Assembly: GCA_964019425.1 (NCBI GenBank)
Contig: OZ025780.1
Span: 1,116,001 to 1,180,000 of the forward strand
Length of the DNA stretch: 64,000 nucleotides
Direction: 5' to 3'
Origin: Flectonema sp. DT1601
Lineage: Eukaryota
Below are positions 44,869 through 56,191 of the stretch, in pieces. The notes under the pieces are model-generated. The model was not told the DNA's origin and ran no database searches. It worked only from the letters and a program-made list of their open reading frames with translations. The position numbers and the translations under genes are program-made. How positions within the stretch are numbered: the first letter of the stretch is position 1; each line of letters opens with the position of its first letter.

Positions 44869-45750
44869 TTATTGATTTAATTCTTTTTTTATAATGTCTT
44901 GACAGAATGCGAATGGATCATCGTTTGTCGACTTGTGTCTCACCTGAAGTTCTACCTTCTTCGTTGGGGAGGCAACCGTCGAAGGAACAAAGGGAGCAGT
45001 GCATTCAGAAGACGGAGAAGCAAAAAGCTCTTCCAGCAAGCAATGTTCATCTCTGCTGTCGCGTTGTTGTGGTAAACATTGTTTGTCATCTCGAGCAGCA
45101 ATCTCAGAAGTAAATAACAAATTCTTTTTTTCTACATTCGCTGTGACTCGCTGCTCAGAATCTTTTGGAAAAAGCTCGCAGTGGTGATCTTGGAAACATG
45201 CAAATAATGTGTCATTTGGAACGCCTCTCTGCTCGGATTGCGGCTGCTGGGGTTTTATAACCTCCTTTTGTACTTGAGGAGCGAGGACCTCTCGTTTGCT
45301 TTTTTCAGCAGCCTCTAAAGCCTGATAACCTCCAGGGTAGTACCATAACTTGCGGTCGTATTTGTCGCGAGCAATTTTGTCCAACTGAGGAATTGAAAGG
45401 GGTGCCGGTACAGGACCACCGAAGACTACTCTGGCTCTCGTGTTGCCCATCGACTTCATAGCAGCTATCTCATCGGGACACCAAATATAAGTTCCCATAC
45501 AGGATTTTACCTTTGAAATATGAGCTCCTAAACCTCTGTGTATCTGAGAACAATTTGTACACATAAATACTCCGAGTGTTACACTTGCCCATCCATTTTG
45601 TGATTCACCGCACTCAGCACACAATCTGTTTCCGTTAGTCTGTCGGAGCTGATTTATTTCCCGAAGTAGTGCCTTTTCTTTTTTCATTATTTTTGCTTTA
45701 TCATACGACTTCCCCAGCTTACTAATTATTTGTTCATTTTGTGGAGCCAT
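44869..45750 (-). CDS. ArfGAP domain protein
   Basis: NRLCAECG...WASVTLGVFMCTNCSQIHRGLGAHISKVKS...MGN...KY. Confidence 0.95.
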   Translation of the reverse strand: MAPQNEQIISKLGKSYDKAKIMKKEKALLREINQLRQTNGNRLCAECGESQNGWASVTLGVFMCTNCSQIHRGLGAHISKVKSCMGTYIWCPDEIAAMKSMGNTRARVVFGGPVPAPLSIPQLDKIARDKYDRKLWYYPGGYQALEAAEKSKREVLAPQVQKEVIKPQQPQSEQRGVPNDTLFACFQDHHCELFPKDSEQRVTANVEKKNLLFTSEIAARDDKQCLPQQRDSRDEHCLLEELFASPSSECTAPFVPSTVASPTKKVELQVRHKSTNDDPFAFCQDIIKKELNQ

Positions 45751-45852
45751 TTTTTTTTATTTTTCGTGTGGAAACTGTAAGAAGAAGACTTTGTAAACCT
45801 TTCTAACCAATGTACTGCTGAAAAGATTATTTATATACAAAACAATCTCTTA

Positions 45853-46986
45853 TTATAGTTTCGTACCTGGGATGGCCATGAGTAATCTGTTGTTCAGGAC
45901 TTCCTTTGCTTCCAATTTCAAGTTATACTGTATGGTAGGTGATAGAAGTCTGAGTTTTTGAGTGTGTGATGGTTTGGGTTTGCCTTTTCTTTCATTATTT
46001 TTAAACTCACTTTCAGTCTGAATGTAGGAAATGTTGTTGTGGTCTAGCTTCGCTGCATAAATTGATTCTTTTACATAAGGCATCTTTTGGAAACTACCTC
46101 CGTGATATTGTTGATTAAGTACTCTAGCTCTACCAATAAACCCACGGCATATTATAAAAGCTTCACGAGATCCGCTCTGTACGGCAGGCGGTCGAGAGAC
46201 GTCGACGTGTTCAAAGTAAAGTTGTAAAGATCTGACGATCTCTCCAGAACTACGCGACTGAAACACTTTCGTAACAAACCATCCTCCTTCTTTAAGAACT
46301 TTAATAGAAAAAGACTTCGCCAATTCAACGAGGTGGTTCTGAATGTCCTTTTCAGCCTGAGCAGTTGCACCCGTTTCAGGAGCCATGTCAGACATCACGC
46401 CGTCAACAGCGGCTGGGGGGAGTGGTCGTTTTCTTGCAGCTTCACCTACTTGTTCAGTAACTTCTTTTACAGCATTTGATTTGCGTCCTTGAAAATATAA
46501 ACCCATATCACCAGTCTTTAGAGGAGTGTATTTACTTCCGAGATAACTAATTTGATAACGATCTGATTCAGATGGAGTCATACCACGACCTGAGTAGAGA
46601 CTTTTACCAGCTTCGTGAATCATATCAAGTAATTCGTATTGAAGATCATTTTCTGTAAAGTCACCCTGCACTATCTCAGCTCCATCAACAGGTGCAACTG
46701 GAAGCAAGTCAATTCCGATTAAGTGTTTTCCGCGCTTAGGAAGTTTCATTCTCTCTGAAGCGACTTGCAACCATGAGCCAGGACAGCAACCCAAATCAAC
46801 AACACAATTTGTGTTCTCCGTGAACAGTTTGAACCTTTCGTCCATTTGCATTAATTTGTAAGCACTTCGTGCTCGGTATCCTTCTAAGCGCGCTTTTGCC
46901 GTGTATTTTTCATTCATTCTATTCGTAATCCACGACTGACACCAACGACCCTGCCTTGATCTACAACAATGTGAGACCAGAAACAT
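45853..46986 (-). CDS. FtsJ/RlmE-family rRNA 2'-O-methyltransferase, probably mitochondrial MRM2-like
   Basis: YRARSAYKL, VVDLGCCPGSW, SDMAP, KVF and SREAF (K-D-K-E tetrad). Confidence 0.9.
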   Translation of the reverse strand: MFLVSHCCRSRQGRWCQSWITNRMNEKYTAKARLEGYRARSAYKLMQMDERFKLFTENTNCVVDLGCCPGSWLQVASERMKLPKRGKHLIGIDLLPVAPVDGAEIVQGDFTENDLQYELLDMIHEAGKSLYSGRGMTPSESDRYQISYLGSKYTPLKTGDMGLYFQGRKSNAVKEVTEQVGEAARKRPLPPAAVDGVMSDMAPETGATAQAEKDIQNHLVELAKSFSIKVLKEGGWFVTKVFQSRSSGEIVRSLQLYFEHVDVSRPPAVQSGSREAFIICRGFIGRARVLNQQYHGGSFQKMPYVKESIYAAKLDHNNISYIQTESEFKNNERKGKPKPSHTQKLRLLSPTIQYNLKLEAKEVLNNRLLMAIPGTKL

Positions 46987-47411
46987 TTTGATAATAACTG
47001 TTAAGAAGTAAGTAATGCCTTGTTTCTAAATTAGCTTCACAATATCTGTCTTGTCTGTTTGTTAACTCTTAACCTAACCATTCGCAGGTACATATTTAGT
47101 CGTGATTGTTTATTTAATTTCGTTTACCTCTTTATCTGACTCGTCAGCTAGAGTGACACAACAGTGCAGATTTCTGAATTGTGAGTCAGATAAGGAGAAG
47201 AATGCGTGTCTAGATGTGACCAACACAAAGAAGGATGGAAAAGAAAGCCTACACCAGTAGGCTGCAATACCCGCCATTTATTGTTAGTCAATCTGACTAA
47301 TATGGAACAGTAAATAACTCAACTATGAACGAAATCGTTAATCAGATTCCTCATTCACCAGATGAAGCTGTCTCTTATAAATAATACACAGCAGTACTGC
47401 TGGCCTGGGTT

Positions 47412-48127
47412 CTACCCTGAATCAACTACAAAATCTGCTTCCCCAGCTGTTGTTCTTATTAACAAGGAGTTGATGTAGTCTGAACCTGTAGCTCGCTCTT
47501 CAGCAACACTGCGGGGAATGTTCCATGCAGCCTGTAGTTTTGAGGAGGTTAATAGTAATGAACAAGATTAATAATATTCTTAAGATTACAATCACAAACC
47601 ATGTGTCTTGCGATAAGGCGTTCCGTCGCAACTGTTTGATCACACCGTAGGAAGATAGATTTATCGAATTGAGAGCAGACTCGTTCCCACCTGTCAATAT
47701 CTTTAAAAAGGAGATAGTTTCCCTCTACTATTATAATTTGAGCAGAAGCAGGGATGGTCGTACCTGTGGGATCGGGATCCCCAACCGAGTGGTCAAATGA
47801 TGGAAAAGACACGTCGGTCTTTGATGTTTTTACTTCCGTCAGTTTGGCATAAAACGCCTCCGCATCAAACGTCCAATGAGCTCCTCGCCTTCTAATAGCC
47901 TCCTCCGGATTTCTCATTTTACGAAGTTTTTCTTTTGTTATGTGATAGCCATCCATTGGTAGTGCCATGCAAAACCCTTCACCCAGTATGTTATTTATTT
48001 CACTCTGCATTCTCCCAGCAGTTGTCGTTTTCCCGCTCCCTGGGACACCACAGACTGCAACAACAATCCGCTTGTTAGAATCGCGTCGCTCCTCCACTAC
48101 CTTTTTTATTACTTCACTCAAATCCAT
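47412..48127 (-). CDS. P-loop kinase of the uridine/pantothenate kinase-like (YFH7/YggC) family; complement(join(47412..47531,47600..48127))
   Basis: GVPGSGKTT, PMDGYH, RRGAHWTFD and IVEGNYLL. A 68-nt phase-0 intron restores the C-terminus. Confidence 0.9.
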
Positions 48128-48322
48128 CAGAGTGGTGTCTGTATGAAGTAAGTAAAGTATTGATATGAAAACACTAAGAGATTAATATAAACTTATGGTT
48201 TTTGAAACCAAGAAATACGTGTCCTGTGAGAAGAAATGGACATAATTAACGATTGTATAAATAGTTTAACTTCCATATAAATGAGAGATGTGTCAACGTT
48301 GGTTGATTGTAAAGAAGGTAAT

Positions 48323-48937
48323 TCACTCAAGAGAGGTTAGAGGAATGTTTAGTTTTACTTCGCAGCCTGTTCCCCTGTGAGAAATGTGAATATTATCAGC
48401 TTCGCATGGGGGGTTTGTATTTTTATATTTCACAACATGAAATCCTGGAAGCGCATAGTCTTCAGGCGTATCGTCTAAGTATTGCACTCTAATCCCAACT
48501 CCAATGTTTATTAATGGAAGAGGAGGGAGAGCTGATGAACTTCTATTGAAGTCAGCCAACATCTTTTTAATGATCGCAGGTACTTCATTCTTTGTAACTG
48601 ACTTACGAGGGATACTCGAAGATATTTCATAGCATTCAATCATCTCCCACATGTCAACTTCTCCATCAGCTCTGTAGATGCAGAGTTGAATATTTCCTAT
48701 TTTACAATCCTTTAAAGCTGGTATCACTCCTATTTCAATTAAGTCAATGATGTACTTCCCAGCTGAGTCATCTTCGTTTAGTAGCGGAACCATTACTCCG
48801 TCGACTCTACCAATTCGAAAACTAGAGTCGGGAAGTGCCTTTCTTATGAAGAGTAAACATGATATACTCAACCTGACACATACTCTTGACATTCTTCCTT
48901 CTTCTACTTTACTCAGAAGTTGGGATACGACTTGCAT
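48323..48937 (-). CDS. Stand-alone HORMA-domain protein (Hop1/HORMAD-like)
   Basis: ISCLLFIRKALPDSSF, IEIGVIPAL, IECYEI, LPPLP and YLDDTPEDYALPGF match the Hop1-type HORMA pattern. Confidence 0.75.
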   Translation of the reverse strand: MQVVSQLLSKVEEGRMSRVCVRLSISCLLFIRKALPDSSFRIGRVDGVMVPLLNEDDSAGKYIIDLIEIGVIPALKDCKIGNIQLCIYRADGEVDMWEMIECYEISSSIPRKSVTKNEVPAIIKKMLADFNRSSSALPPLPLINIGVGIRVQYLDDTPEDYALPGFHVVKYKNTNPPCEADNIHISHRGTGCEVKLNIPLTSLE

Positions 48938-49378
48938 ATTGTGCTGTTAGTAACAGAGAAAGACGTTGACATGGGGGTGTTAAAGTATTCGTTTTCTAGA
49001 GATGTTATTTATTTCAGAACAGACCCATCTTGTTTTATACCTTCGGAAGAGATGATAATAAAAAACTACAACACGAGAAAAGTCGTAAAAAGGAGGGTGG
49101 CGATAAAAGTATCGAAATGTTTTAAAGTGAACCTTCTCACTAACAAAGGATTTCTCGCCGCAAGCTTTAAATATTGTTAGTTTAAATCATCACGTTCATG
49201 GAGAGAGCACTTTTGGAGTCTGGTGCTTATTTTTATTTTCTTTATTTCAAAATACGATGCGCTTTGCTATTTTGAAGCAGAAGAAATTCGCTTGACACTT
49301 ATTGTGTTCCCTATATCCCATTAAAATAATATGTCTTCTATCTGACATTCATCGTCCGTAGATAGGAAAGAAATCCGG

Positions 49379-49425
<47 letters not shown>

Positions 49426-49628
49426 TGACCGTTTTCGTAAAAAAAAGTTTACGTTAGTGACGCCTACGTTGTGTCACACAACGATGGCAAAGAGTTAACT
49501 TGTTCCACCGCTGGTGTTTTTTTTTGGTACAGTTTGTATACCAAATAAAGGCTTCCTTTGTAGTATTATAGTTTCTTTTTTATTAAATTTAATTCTCTTA
49601 ATTGTTAGAGGGAAAGACATTAAATAAA

Positions 49629-51845
49629 CTAATGACAGGTGGCGTCAGGCATAGTAATTGACAGCTTACTTGACTTAAAGGTACATTTTACACTGATTGG
49701 AGTCATAGAGTCGAATGGCTTTAAGAATAAGATTTCAATATTCTCACCAGACTGACCAATTAGTTCAACAGTAACTGATGTCTTCTCAACAATGAATGAG
49801 GTGAACCTTCTACTGGATACGGAAACCCACTTGGAAACCTCTCCCATTACAACCCAACCATTATACAAGACTGGTGCTGCTGTCCACATGTTGAAATCCC
49901 ACTTATCAGTTTTTGGAAGCACAATCGGGTTCGAATCGTCAAATTTCTTAACCACATTGGTACTATTGCTCTCCCAAACGACAAACTCAGGGACTGCACC
50001 AGCGCAGAGCTCTGATCTTGTCATTTCATAAGGAGATGACTCAGCTGCGAGAAGGTAGAAAGTTTTGATTCCCGAAACCGTTGAGTCTGTTGACCAAACA
50101 GAACCAGTTGGACCATTCTGGTTTTGACCACTCATGGAATAGAACACAGAGTCCATAAGAGTTGCTGGAGTATCAGGAGCCAGTAACGATCCTGAAGTAC
50201 TGCAAGACTTCATTACGAGAGGGACATCAGTGAAACCGATTTCATCTGATGGAGCAACAGGACCAGTTGAGAGAGTTGATACTACAGAGTGAAGTCTGTT
50301 AAACCTTTCTGTTTTGTCATGATATCTTGATAACCCTTTCTCTCTGTCTGTGGTCCAAAAGTTATCTTTTGTGGCCTTCAATGCGAGTGCGTCACCAAAG
50401 AGACCCGTCACACCCAACGGTCTCCAGTTATCCTCTCCTGGCTGATAGTCTTCTGAAGCACGTGCTTGGGTTACTTGTTGAATTTCAACGGACTGCATAA
50501 TGTGTCTCGGCCAAGACATACAATATTGAATTGTGATACCGTGCTTGGCTGCTCCTTTTCCCATTTGCATAAGCCAATCTCTTGCTAGTGTTGGGCTCTC
50601 AAGGGTACAGTTCAGGTATTCGTATTCATTGAAGAGCCAGTCTTGTTCGTAAGTGTGTAGTCCCCATTTGGTAGCATTTCCAATTAGGTCATCCCAAAAT
50701 CTTTGATCATCTGGAATACTGTGAGGTCCTTCGATAATAAAATTATAATCACCTCCATTCTGCTTCGCGTAGTCGGTATCGCCTGCCCAGTATCTGTTGT
50801 GAGCGACAATTGGCCAATGGGTAGCAGCAGTTACGTTGGCGATACCGTCTGGAAAGATGTCTGGCATGGCAGTCCAATTCTTTACAGCACCTCCTTGACT
50901 CTTGAAGTACCACCAGCTATCCATGAGCCAATATTTGTATGGAAGACTAACCTTGTCAGAATAAGCTTTGATGTCCTTAATGGTTTCCTGATAGTTCTTT
51001 CCTTCCTCAGTGTTGTAGTAGTACCAAGCTCCGTTATCTGTTGAGTATCCCAAGGTGTTTACAGAGAGGTCTTTTTCGTACGTCTCGCGGGTTTTTCCGT
51101 ACTTTTGCAACAACTTAGCACCCCATTCATACATAGCTGTCTTTGGACTACCAGAGTTAGTGTACGACATGATAGTATCAAGTTCATAACCAGCTGGTAC
51201 GTTAGTAATATCACCCATCAGACCATAACCAACAACTGATGAATTAAATGTCAACTGCTGTGAGTGTGACATAAAGTTAGAAGCCGATGAGATCACAACT
51301 GAGTTATCCTTTTCTTTATTAAACAATACTAACGGACCACTGTTTTTAGCACCACCCTGAAGACCACTAACATCAGAAGTGCTACCAATTTGATAAGTAC
51401 ATCCAAGCATCGCTCCCTTATATTGAAGGTAACCCTTGTAAGGTCCATCCTTAATAAGGAAGGACGGGTACTGACTGGAAATCGAATCAGCGCTTGTCTT
51501 GCTACGAGGAACGTTCGTGTAATTCAGTCCAGTTGGGAATCTCTGTCTGAAAATATAAGTCAGTTTGTCGCTGTACTGCAATACGCTGGTTTCAAAATCA
51601 ACAGGAGACCACCTTTTAGTTATCATTGTGTAGAGTCCGATAGCATCACTTCCACTTGAAGTAGTTGTTGAATTCACTTTTAAAGTACCATCTTCAGCGC
51701 AGTACTTCTTTGAGGAACTTGTGACACAGATGTCTCCCATATCCAGGTCGTAGTTTTTCAAAGCCGAGTGCGATTCCAATCGATCTCCGAAAGTCATACC
51801 TGACGTCAACCAACATCCTGCCAATGCCACTCCTGATCGCAGCAT
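49629..51845 (-). CDS. Secreted glycoside-hydrolase-like protein (GH36/clan GH-D-like barrel), paralog 1
   Basis: N-terminal signal-like segment and motifs WLMDSWWY, AHNRYW, YEQDWL, QYCM, RASEDY and GPVAPSD. Confidence 0.7.
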   Translation of the reverse strand: MLRSGVALAGCWLTSGMTFGDRLESHSALKNYDLDMGDICVTSSSKKYCAEDGTLKVNSTTTSSGSDAIGLYTMITKRWSPVDFETSVLQYSDKLTYIFRQRFPTGLNYTNVPRSKTSADSISSQYPSFLIKDGPYKGYLQYKGAMLGCTYQIGSTSDVSGLQGGAKNSGPLVLFNKEKDNSVVISSASNFMSHSQQLTFNSSVVGYGLMGDITNVPAGYELDTIMSYTNSGSPKTAMYEWGAKLLQKYGKTRETYEKDLSVNTLGYSTDNGAWYYYNTEEGKNYQETIKDIKAYSDKVSLPYKYWLMDSWWYFKSQGGAVKNWTAMPDIFPDGIANVTAATHWPIVAHNRYWAGDTDYAKQNGGDYNFIIEGPHSIPDDQRFWDDLIGNATKWGLHTYEQDWLFNEYEYLNCTLESPTLARDWLMQMGKGAAKHGITIQYCMSWPRHIMQSVEIQQVTQARASEDYQPGEDNWRPLGVTGLFGDALALKATKDNFWTTDREKGLSRYHDKTERFNRLHSVVSTLSTGPVAPSDEIGFTDVPLVMKSCSTSGSLLAPDTPATLMDSVFYSMSGQNQNGPTGSVWSTDSTVSGIKTFYLLAAESSPYEMTRSELCAGAVPEFVVWESNSTNVVKKFDDSNPIVLPKTDKWDFNMWTAAPVLYNGWVVMGEVSKWVSVSSRRFTSFIVEKTSVTVELIGQSGENIEILFLKPFDSMTPISVKCTFKSSKLSITMPDATCH

Positions 51846-51907
51846 TTTGTTTTTATTATCCTGAATGAGGAGGTAGAATAACACAAAGTAATCGATTCCA
51901 ATAATTA

Positions 51908-52132
51908 TTATTTATCCTCGTATTGTCTAACAAGGAGCGAATAGTATTTATCTACAGCTGAGTCATCTTCGTTTAGTAGCGGAACCATTACTCCGTCGAC
52001 TCTACCAATTCGAAAACTAGAGTCGGGAAGTGCCTTTCTTATGAAGAGTAAACATGATATACTCAACCTGACACATACTCTTGACATTCTTCCTTCTTCT
52101 ACTTTACTCAGAAGTTGGGATACGACTTGCAT
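51908..52132 (-). pseudogene. Truncated duplicate of the HORMA gene (first ~59 codons)
   Basis: Identical to 48760-48937 up to the duplication junction, then unrelated sequence and a stop. Confidence 0.85.
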
Positions 52133-53080
52133 ATTGTGCTGTTAGTAACAGAGAAAGACGTTGACATGGGGGTGTTAAAGTATTCGTTTTCTAGAGATGT
52201 TATTTATTTCAGAACAGACCCATCTTGTTTTATACCTTCGGAAGAGATGATAATAAAAAACTACAACACGAGAAAAGTCGTAAAAAGGAGAGTGGTAAAT
52301 GTTTTAAAGTGAACCTTCTCACTAACAAAGGATTTCTCGCCGCAAGCTTTAAATATTGTTAGTTTAAATCATCACGTTCATGGAGAGAGCACTTTTGGAG
52401 TCTGGTGCTTATTTTTATTTTCTTTATTTCAAAATGCTATTTTCAAGCAGAAGAAATTCGCTTGAGACTTATTGTGTCCCAATAGTGAAATAATTTATGT
52501 CTTCTATCTGAAGATTCATCGTTCGTAGATAGGAAAAAAATCCGAAAAGAAAAAAAAAAATAAATAAATAAATATAATTGAGCCTTTGATCTTGTTCAGT
52601 AATTCCTGAGGGTGAAGTATAATGGGGGTTAAAGAATCACTTGAATAGGGCTTGGCGCTGCTAGTCGGAAATCAGAAACACCCTGTACGAACACGCACAA
52701 AACGGTTTTGCTTTTTCGCAGTCGCTGAGACCGATTTAACCTAAAAGTAAGAAGTTGGTTTGGACTAGTTTCAGCGACGCAACCAGAGAAAAGGAAAAGG
52801 GAGAAAAACACGGAGGGGAAAACGGAGAACGGAATTGTGAACTGTGATCTACCGGGTCAATCATATTTCCAACCATACAAAAAAGTGTGGATGCAAAAAA
52901 AAAAAAAGCTTACGTTAGTGACTTTCACACAACGATGGCAAAGAGTTAACTTGTTCCACCGCTGGTGTTTTTTTTTGGTACAGTTTGTATACCAAATAAA
53001 GGCTTCCTTTGTAGTATTATAGCTTCTTTTTTTATTAAATTTAATTATCTCAATAGTTAGAGGGAAAGACATTAAATAAA

Positions 53081-55297
53081 CTAATGACAGGTGGCGTCAG
53101 GCATAGTAATTGACAGCTTACTTGACTTAAAGGTACATTTTACACTGATTGGAGTCATAGAGTCGAATGGCTTTAAGAATAAGATTTCAATATTCTCACC
53201 AGACTGACCAATTAGTTCAACAGTAACTGATGTCTTCTCAACAATGAATGAGGTGAACCTTCTACTGGATACGGAAACCCACTTGGAAACCTCTCCCATT
53301 ACAACCCAACCATTATACAAGACTGGTGCTGCTGTCCACATGTTGAAATCCCACTTATCAGTTTTTGGAAGCACAATCGGGTTCGAATCGTCAAATTTCT
53401 TAACCACATTGGTACTATTGCTCTCCCAAACGACAAACTCAGGTACTGCACCAGCGCACAGCTCTGATCTTGTCATTTCATAAGGAGATGACTCAGCTGC
53501 AAGAAGGTAGAAAGTTTTGATTCCCGAAACCGTTGAGTCTGTTGACCAAACAGAACCAGTTGGACCATTCTGGTTTTGACCACTCATGGAATAGAACACA
53601 GAGTCCATAAGAGTTGCTGGAGTATCAGGAGCCAGTAACGATCCTGAAGTACTGCAAGACTTCATTACGAGAGGGACATCAGTGAAACCGATTTCATCTG
53701 ATGGAGCAACAGGACCAGTTGAGAGAGTTGATACTACAGCGTGAAGTCTGTTAAACCTTTCTGTTTTGTCATGATTTATTGATGACCCTTTCTCTCTGTC
53801 TGTGGTCCAAAAGTTATCTTTTGTGGCCTTCAATGCGAGTGCGTCACCAAAGAGACCCGTCACACCCAATGGTCTCCAGTTATCCTCTCCTGGCTGATAG
53901 TCTTCTGAAGCACGTGCTTGGGTTACTTGTTGAATTTCAACGGACTGCATAATGTGTCTCGGCCAAGACATACAATATTGAATTGTGATACCGTGCTTGG
54001 CTGCTCCTCTTCCCATTTGCATAAGCCAATCTCTTGCTAGTGTTGGGCTCTCAAGGGTACAGTTCAGGGCTTCGTATTCATTGAAGAGCCAGTCTTGTTC
54101 GTAAGTGTGTAGTCCCCATTTGGTAGCATTTCCAATTAGGTCATCCCAAAATCTTTGATCATCTGGAATACTGTGAGGTCCTTCGATAATAAAATTATAA
54201 TCACCTCCATTCTGCTTCGCGTAGTCGGTATCGCCTGCCCAGTATCTGTTGTGAGCGACAATTGGCCAATGGGTAGCAGCAGTTACGTTGGCGATACCGT
54301 CTGGAAAGATGTCTGGCATGGCAGTCCAATTTTTTACAGCACCTCCTTGACTCTTGAAGTACCACCAGCTGTCCATGAGCCAATACTTGTATGGAAGACC
54401 AACCTTGTCAGAATAAGCTTTGATGTCCTTAATGGTTTCCTGATAGTTCTTTCCTTCCTCAGTGTTGTAGTAGTACCAAGCTCCGTGATCTGTTGAGTAT
54501 CCCAAGGTGTTTACAGAGAGGTCATTTTCGTACGTCTCGCGGGTTTTTCCGTACTTTTGCAACAACTTAGCACCCCATTCATACATAGCTGTCTTTGGAC
54601 TACCAGAGTTAGTGTACGACATGATAGTATCAAGTTCATAACCAGCTGGTACGTTAGTAATATCACCCATCAGACCATAACCAACAACTGATGAATTAAA
54701 TGTCAACTGCTGTGAGTGTGACATAAAGTTAGAAGCCGATGAGATCACAACTGAGTTATCCTTTTCTTTATTAAACAATACTAACGGACCACTGTTTTTA
54801 GCACCACCCTGAAGACCACTAACATCAGAAGTGCTACCAATTTGATAAGTACATCCAAGCATCGCTCCCTTATATTGAAGGTAACCCTTGTAAGGTCCAT
54901 CCTTAATAAGGAAGGACGGGTACTGACTGGAAATCGAATCAGCGCTTGTCTTGCTACGAGGAACGTTCGTGTAATTCAGTCCAGTTGGGAATCTCTGTCT
55001 GAAAATATAAGTCAGTTTGTCGCTGTACTGCAATACGCTGGTTTCAAAATCAACAGGAGACCACCTTTTAGTTATCATTGTGTAGAGTCCGATAGCATCA
55101 CTTCCACTTGAAGTAGTTGTTGAATTCACTTTTAAAGTACCATCTTCAGCGCAGTACTTCTTTGAGGAACTTGTGACACAGATGTCTCCCATATCCAGGT
55201 CGTAGTTTTTCAAAGCCGAGTGCGATTCCAATCGATCTCCGAAAGTCATACCTGACGTCAACCAACATCCTGCCAATGCCACTCCTGATCGCAGCAT
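53081..55297 (-). CDS. Secreted glycoside-hydrolase-like protein, paralog 2
   Basis: Same motifs as paralog 1, differing at about 9 amino acids. Confidence 0.7.
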   Translation of the reverse strand: MLRSGVALAGCWLTSGMTFGDRLESHSALKNYDLDMGDICVTSSSKKYCAEDGTLKVNSTTTSSGSDAIGLYTMITKRWSPVDFETSVLQYSDKLTYIFRQRFPTGLNYTNVPRSKTSADSISSQYPSFLIKDGPYKGYLQYKGAMLGCTYQIGSTSDVSGLQGGAKNSGPLVLFNKEKDNSVVISSASNFMSHSQQLTFNSSVVGYGLMGDITNVPAGYELDTIMSYTNSGSPKTAMYEWGAKLLQKYGKTRETYENDLSVNTLGYSTDHGAWYYYNTEEGKNYQETIKDIKAYSDKVGLPYKYWLMDSWWYFKSQGGAVKNWTAMPDIFPDGIANVTAATHWPIVAHNRYWAGDTDYAKQNGGDYNFIIEGPHSIPDDQRFWDDLIGNATKWGLHTYEQDWLFNEYEALNCTLESPTLARDWLMQMGRGAAKHGITIQYCMSWPRHIMQSVEIQQVTQARASEDYQPGEDNWRPLGVTGLFGDALALKATKDNFWTTDREKGSSINHDKTERFNRLHAVVSTLSTGPVAPSDEIGFTDVPLVMKSCSTSGSLLAPDTPATLMDSVFYSMSGQNQNGPTGSVWSTDSTVSGIKTFYLLAAESSPYEMTRSELCAGAVPEFVVWESNSTNVVKKFDDSNPIVLPKTDKWDFNMWTAAPVLYNGWVVMGEVSKWVSVSSRRFTSFIVEKTSVTVELIGQSGENIEILFLKPFDSMTPISVKCTFKSSKLSITMPDATCH

Positions 55298-56191
55298 TTT
55301 GTTTTTATTATCCTGAATGAGGAGGTAGAATAACACAAAGTAATCGATTCCAATAATTATTATTTATTCTCGTATTGTCTAACAAGGAGCGAATAGTATT
55401 CATCTACGTTCGTGCGGTAGCTGTCAGAAAAAAAAGATTTTCTCCTGGAAAGCAAGGTTTTTACAACAAATAAAAGTGAAGTTGTGGACGCACAGAGACA
55501 CATGTTGATCACAACAGCAAGAACTTGGCTAGCTGGGGAACGAGATAACAGACAGTATCTTAAATCACTTTATAACAGCAGAGGCAAACAACTACAGGCT
55601 GGCACGTCAAGAATCGGAGATTGCGATGTACCGCAGATGACTTCCGACGATGCTTCGATTCCAGAGTCGATTGTGGCTGACTGAACGTTAATAAAAAACA
55701 CCAGTAGCGGTTAACAATAGTACACAGATGGCAAGTGTTTAGAATCATTATCGCTTGTGCCCCTTTGTGGCGCACTTCTGGGAGCAAACAATCTCTGTTG
55801 CTGCAACGCAGCATAGCAACTGTCAGCCTCTTTTTTTGCAACTTTTCAGAGAGTCTAAAATACACTCAGCTGATGATTGAAACTAAAAGCCTACCCGACT
55901 CGGTATCACACACACGGCACAACTCACTGGCGCGCTTCAAAGCGCATGCACAGCTGAGACACAATAACTACCAAAACAGAATCAAAAATGGTTTTCGAGC
56001 AGCAACTGGAGAAGTTGAAAGGATAACAAATTCTCCCTTTCGTTTTTTTTTTTTTTTTTTTTTTTTTCCCTTCTTGTCTTCAAAATACAAACAGTTTTCT
56101 GAAATATGAAAAGACTCGACTCTGACAATGATAATACATAAGGATCCACTATCAGAAGTCTTTAATATAATTGTTTTATAATTTAAAATGT

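Larger units (their letters stand above)
48760..55407. repeat. Tandem segmental duplication (48760-51955 and 51955-55407)
   Basis: Near-identical units with junction TCTAC/CAGCTG at 51955. The second unit has an extra ~280 bp at about 52580-52880. Confidence 0.95.

Noticed and set aside
49792..55111. Duplicated plus-strand ORFs and other short antisense ORFs in the track
   Set aside because: They are shadows of the minus-strand genes, repeated only because of the segmental duplication.
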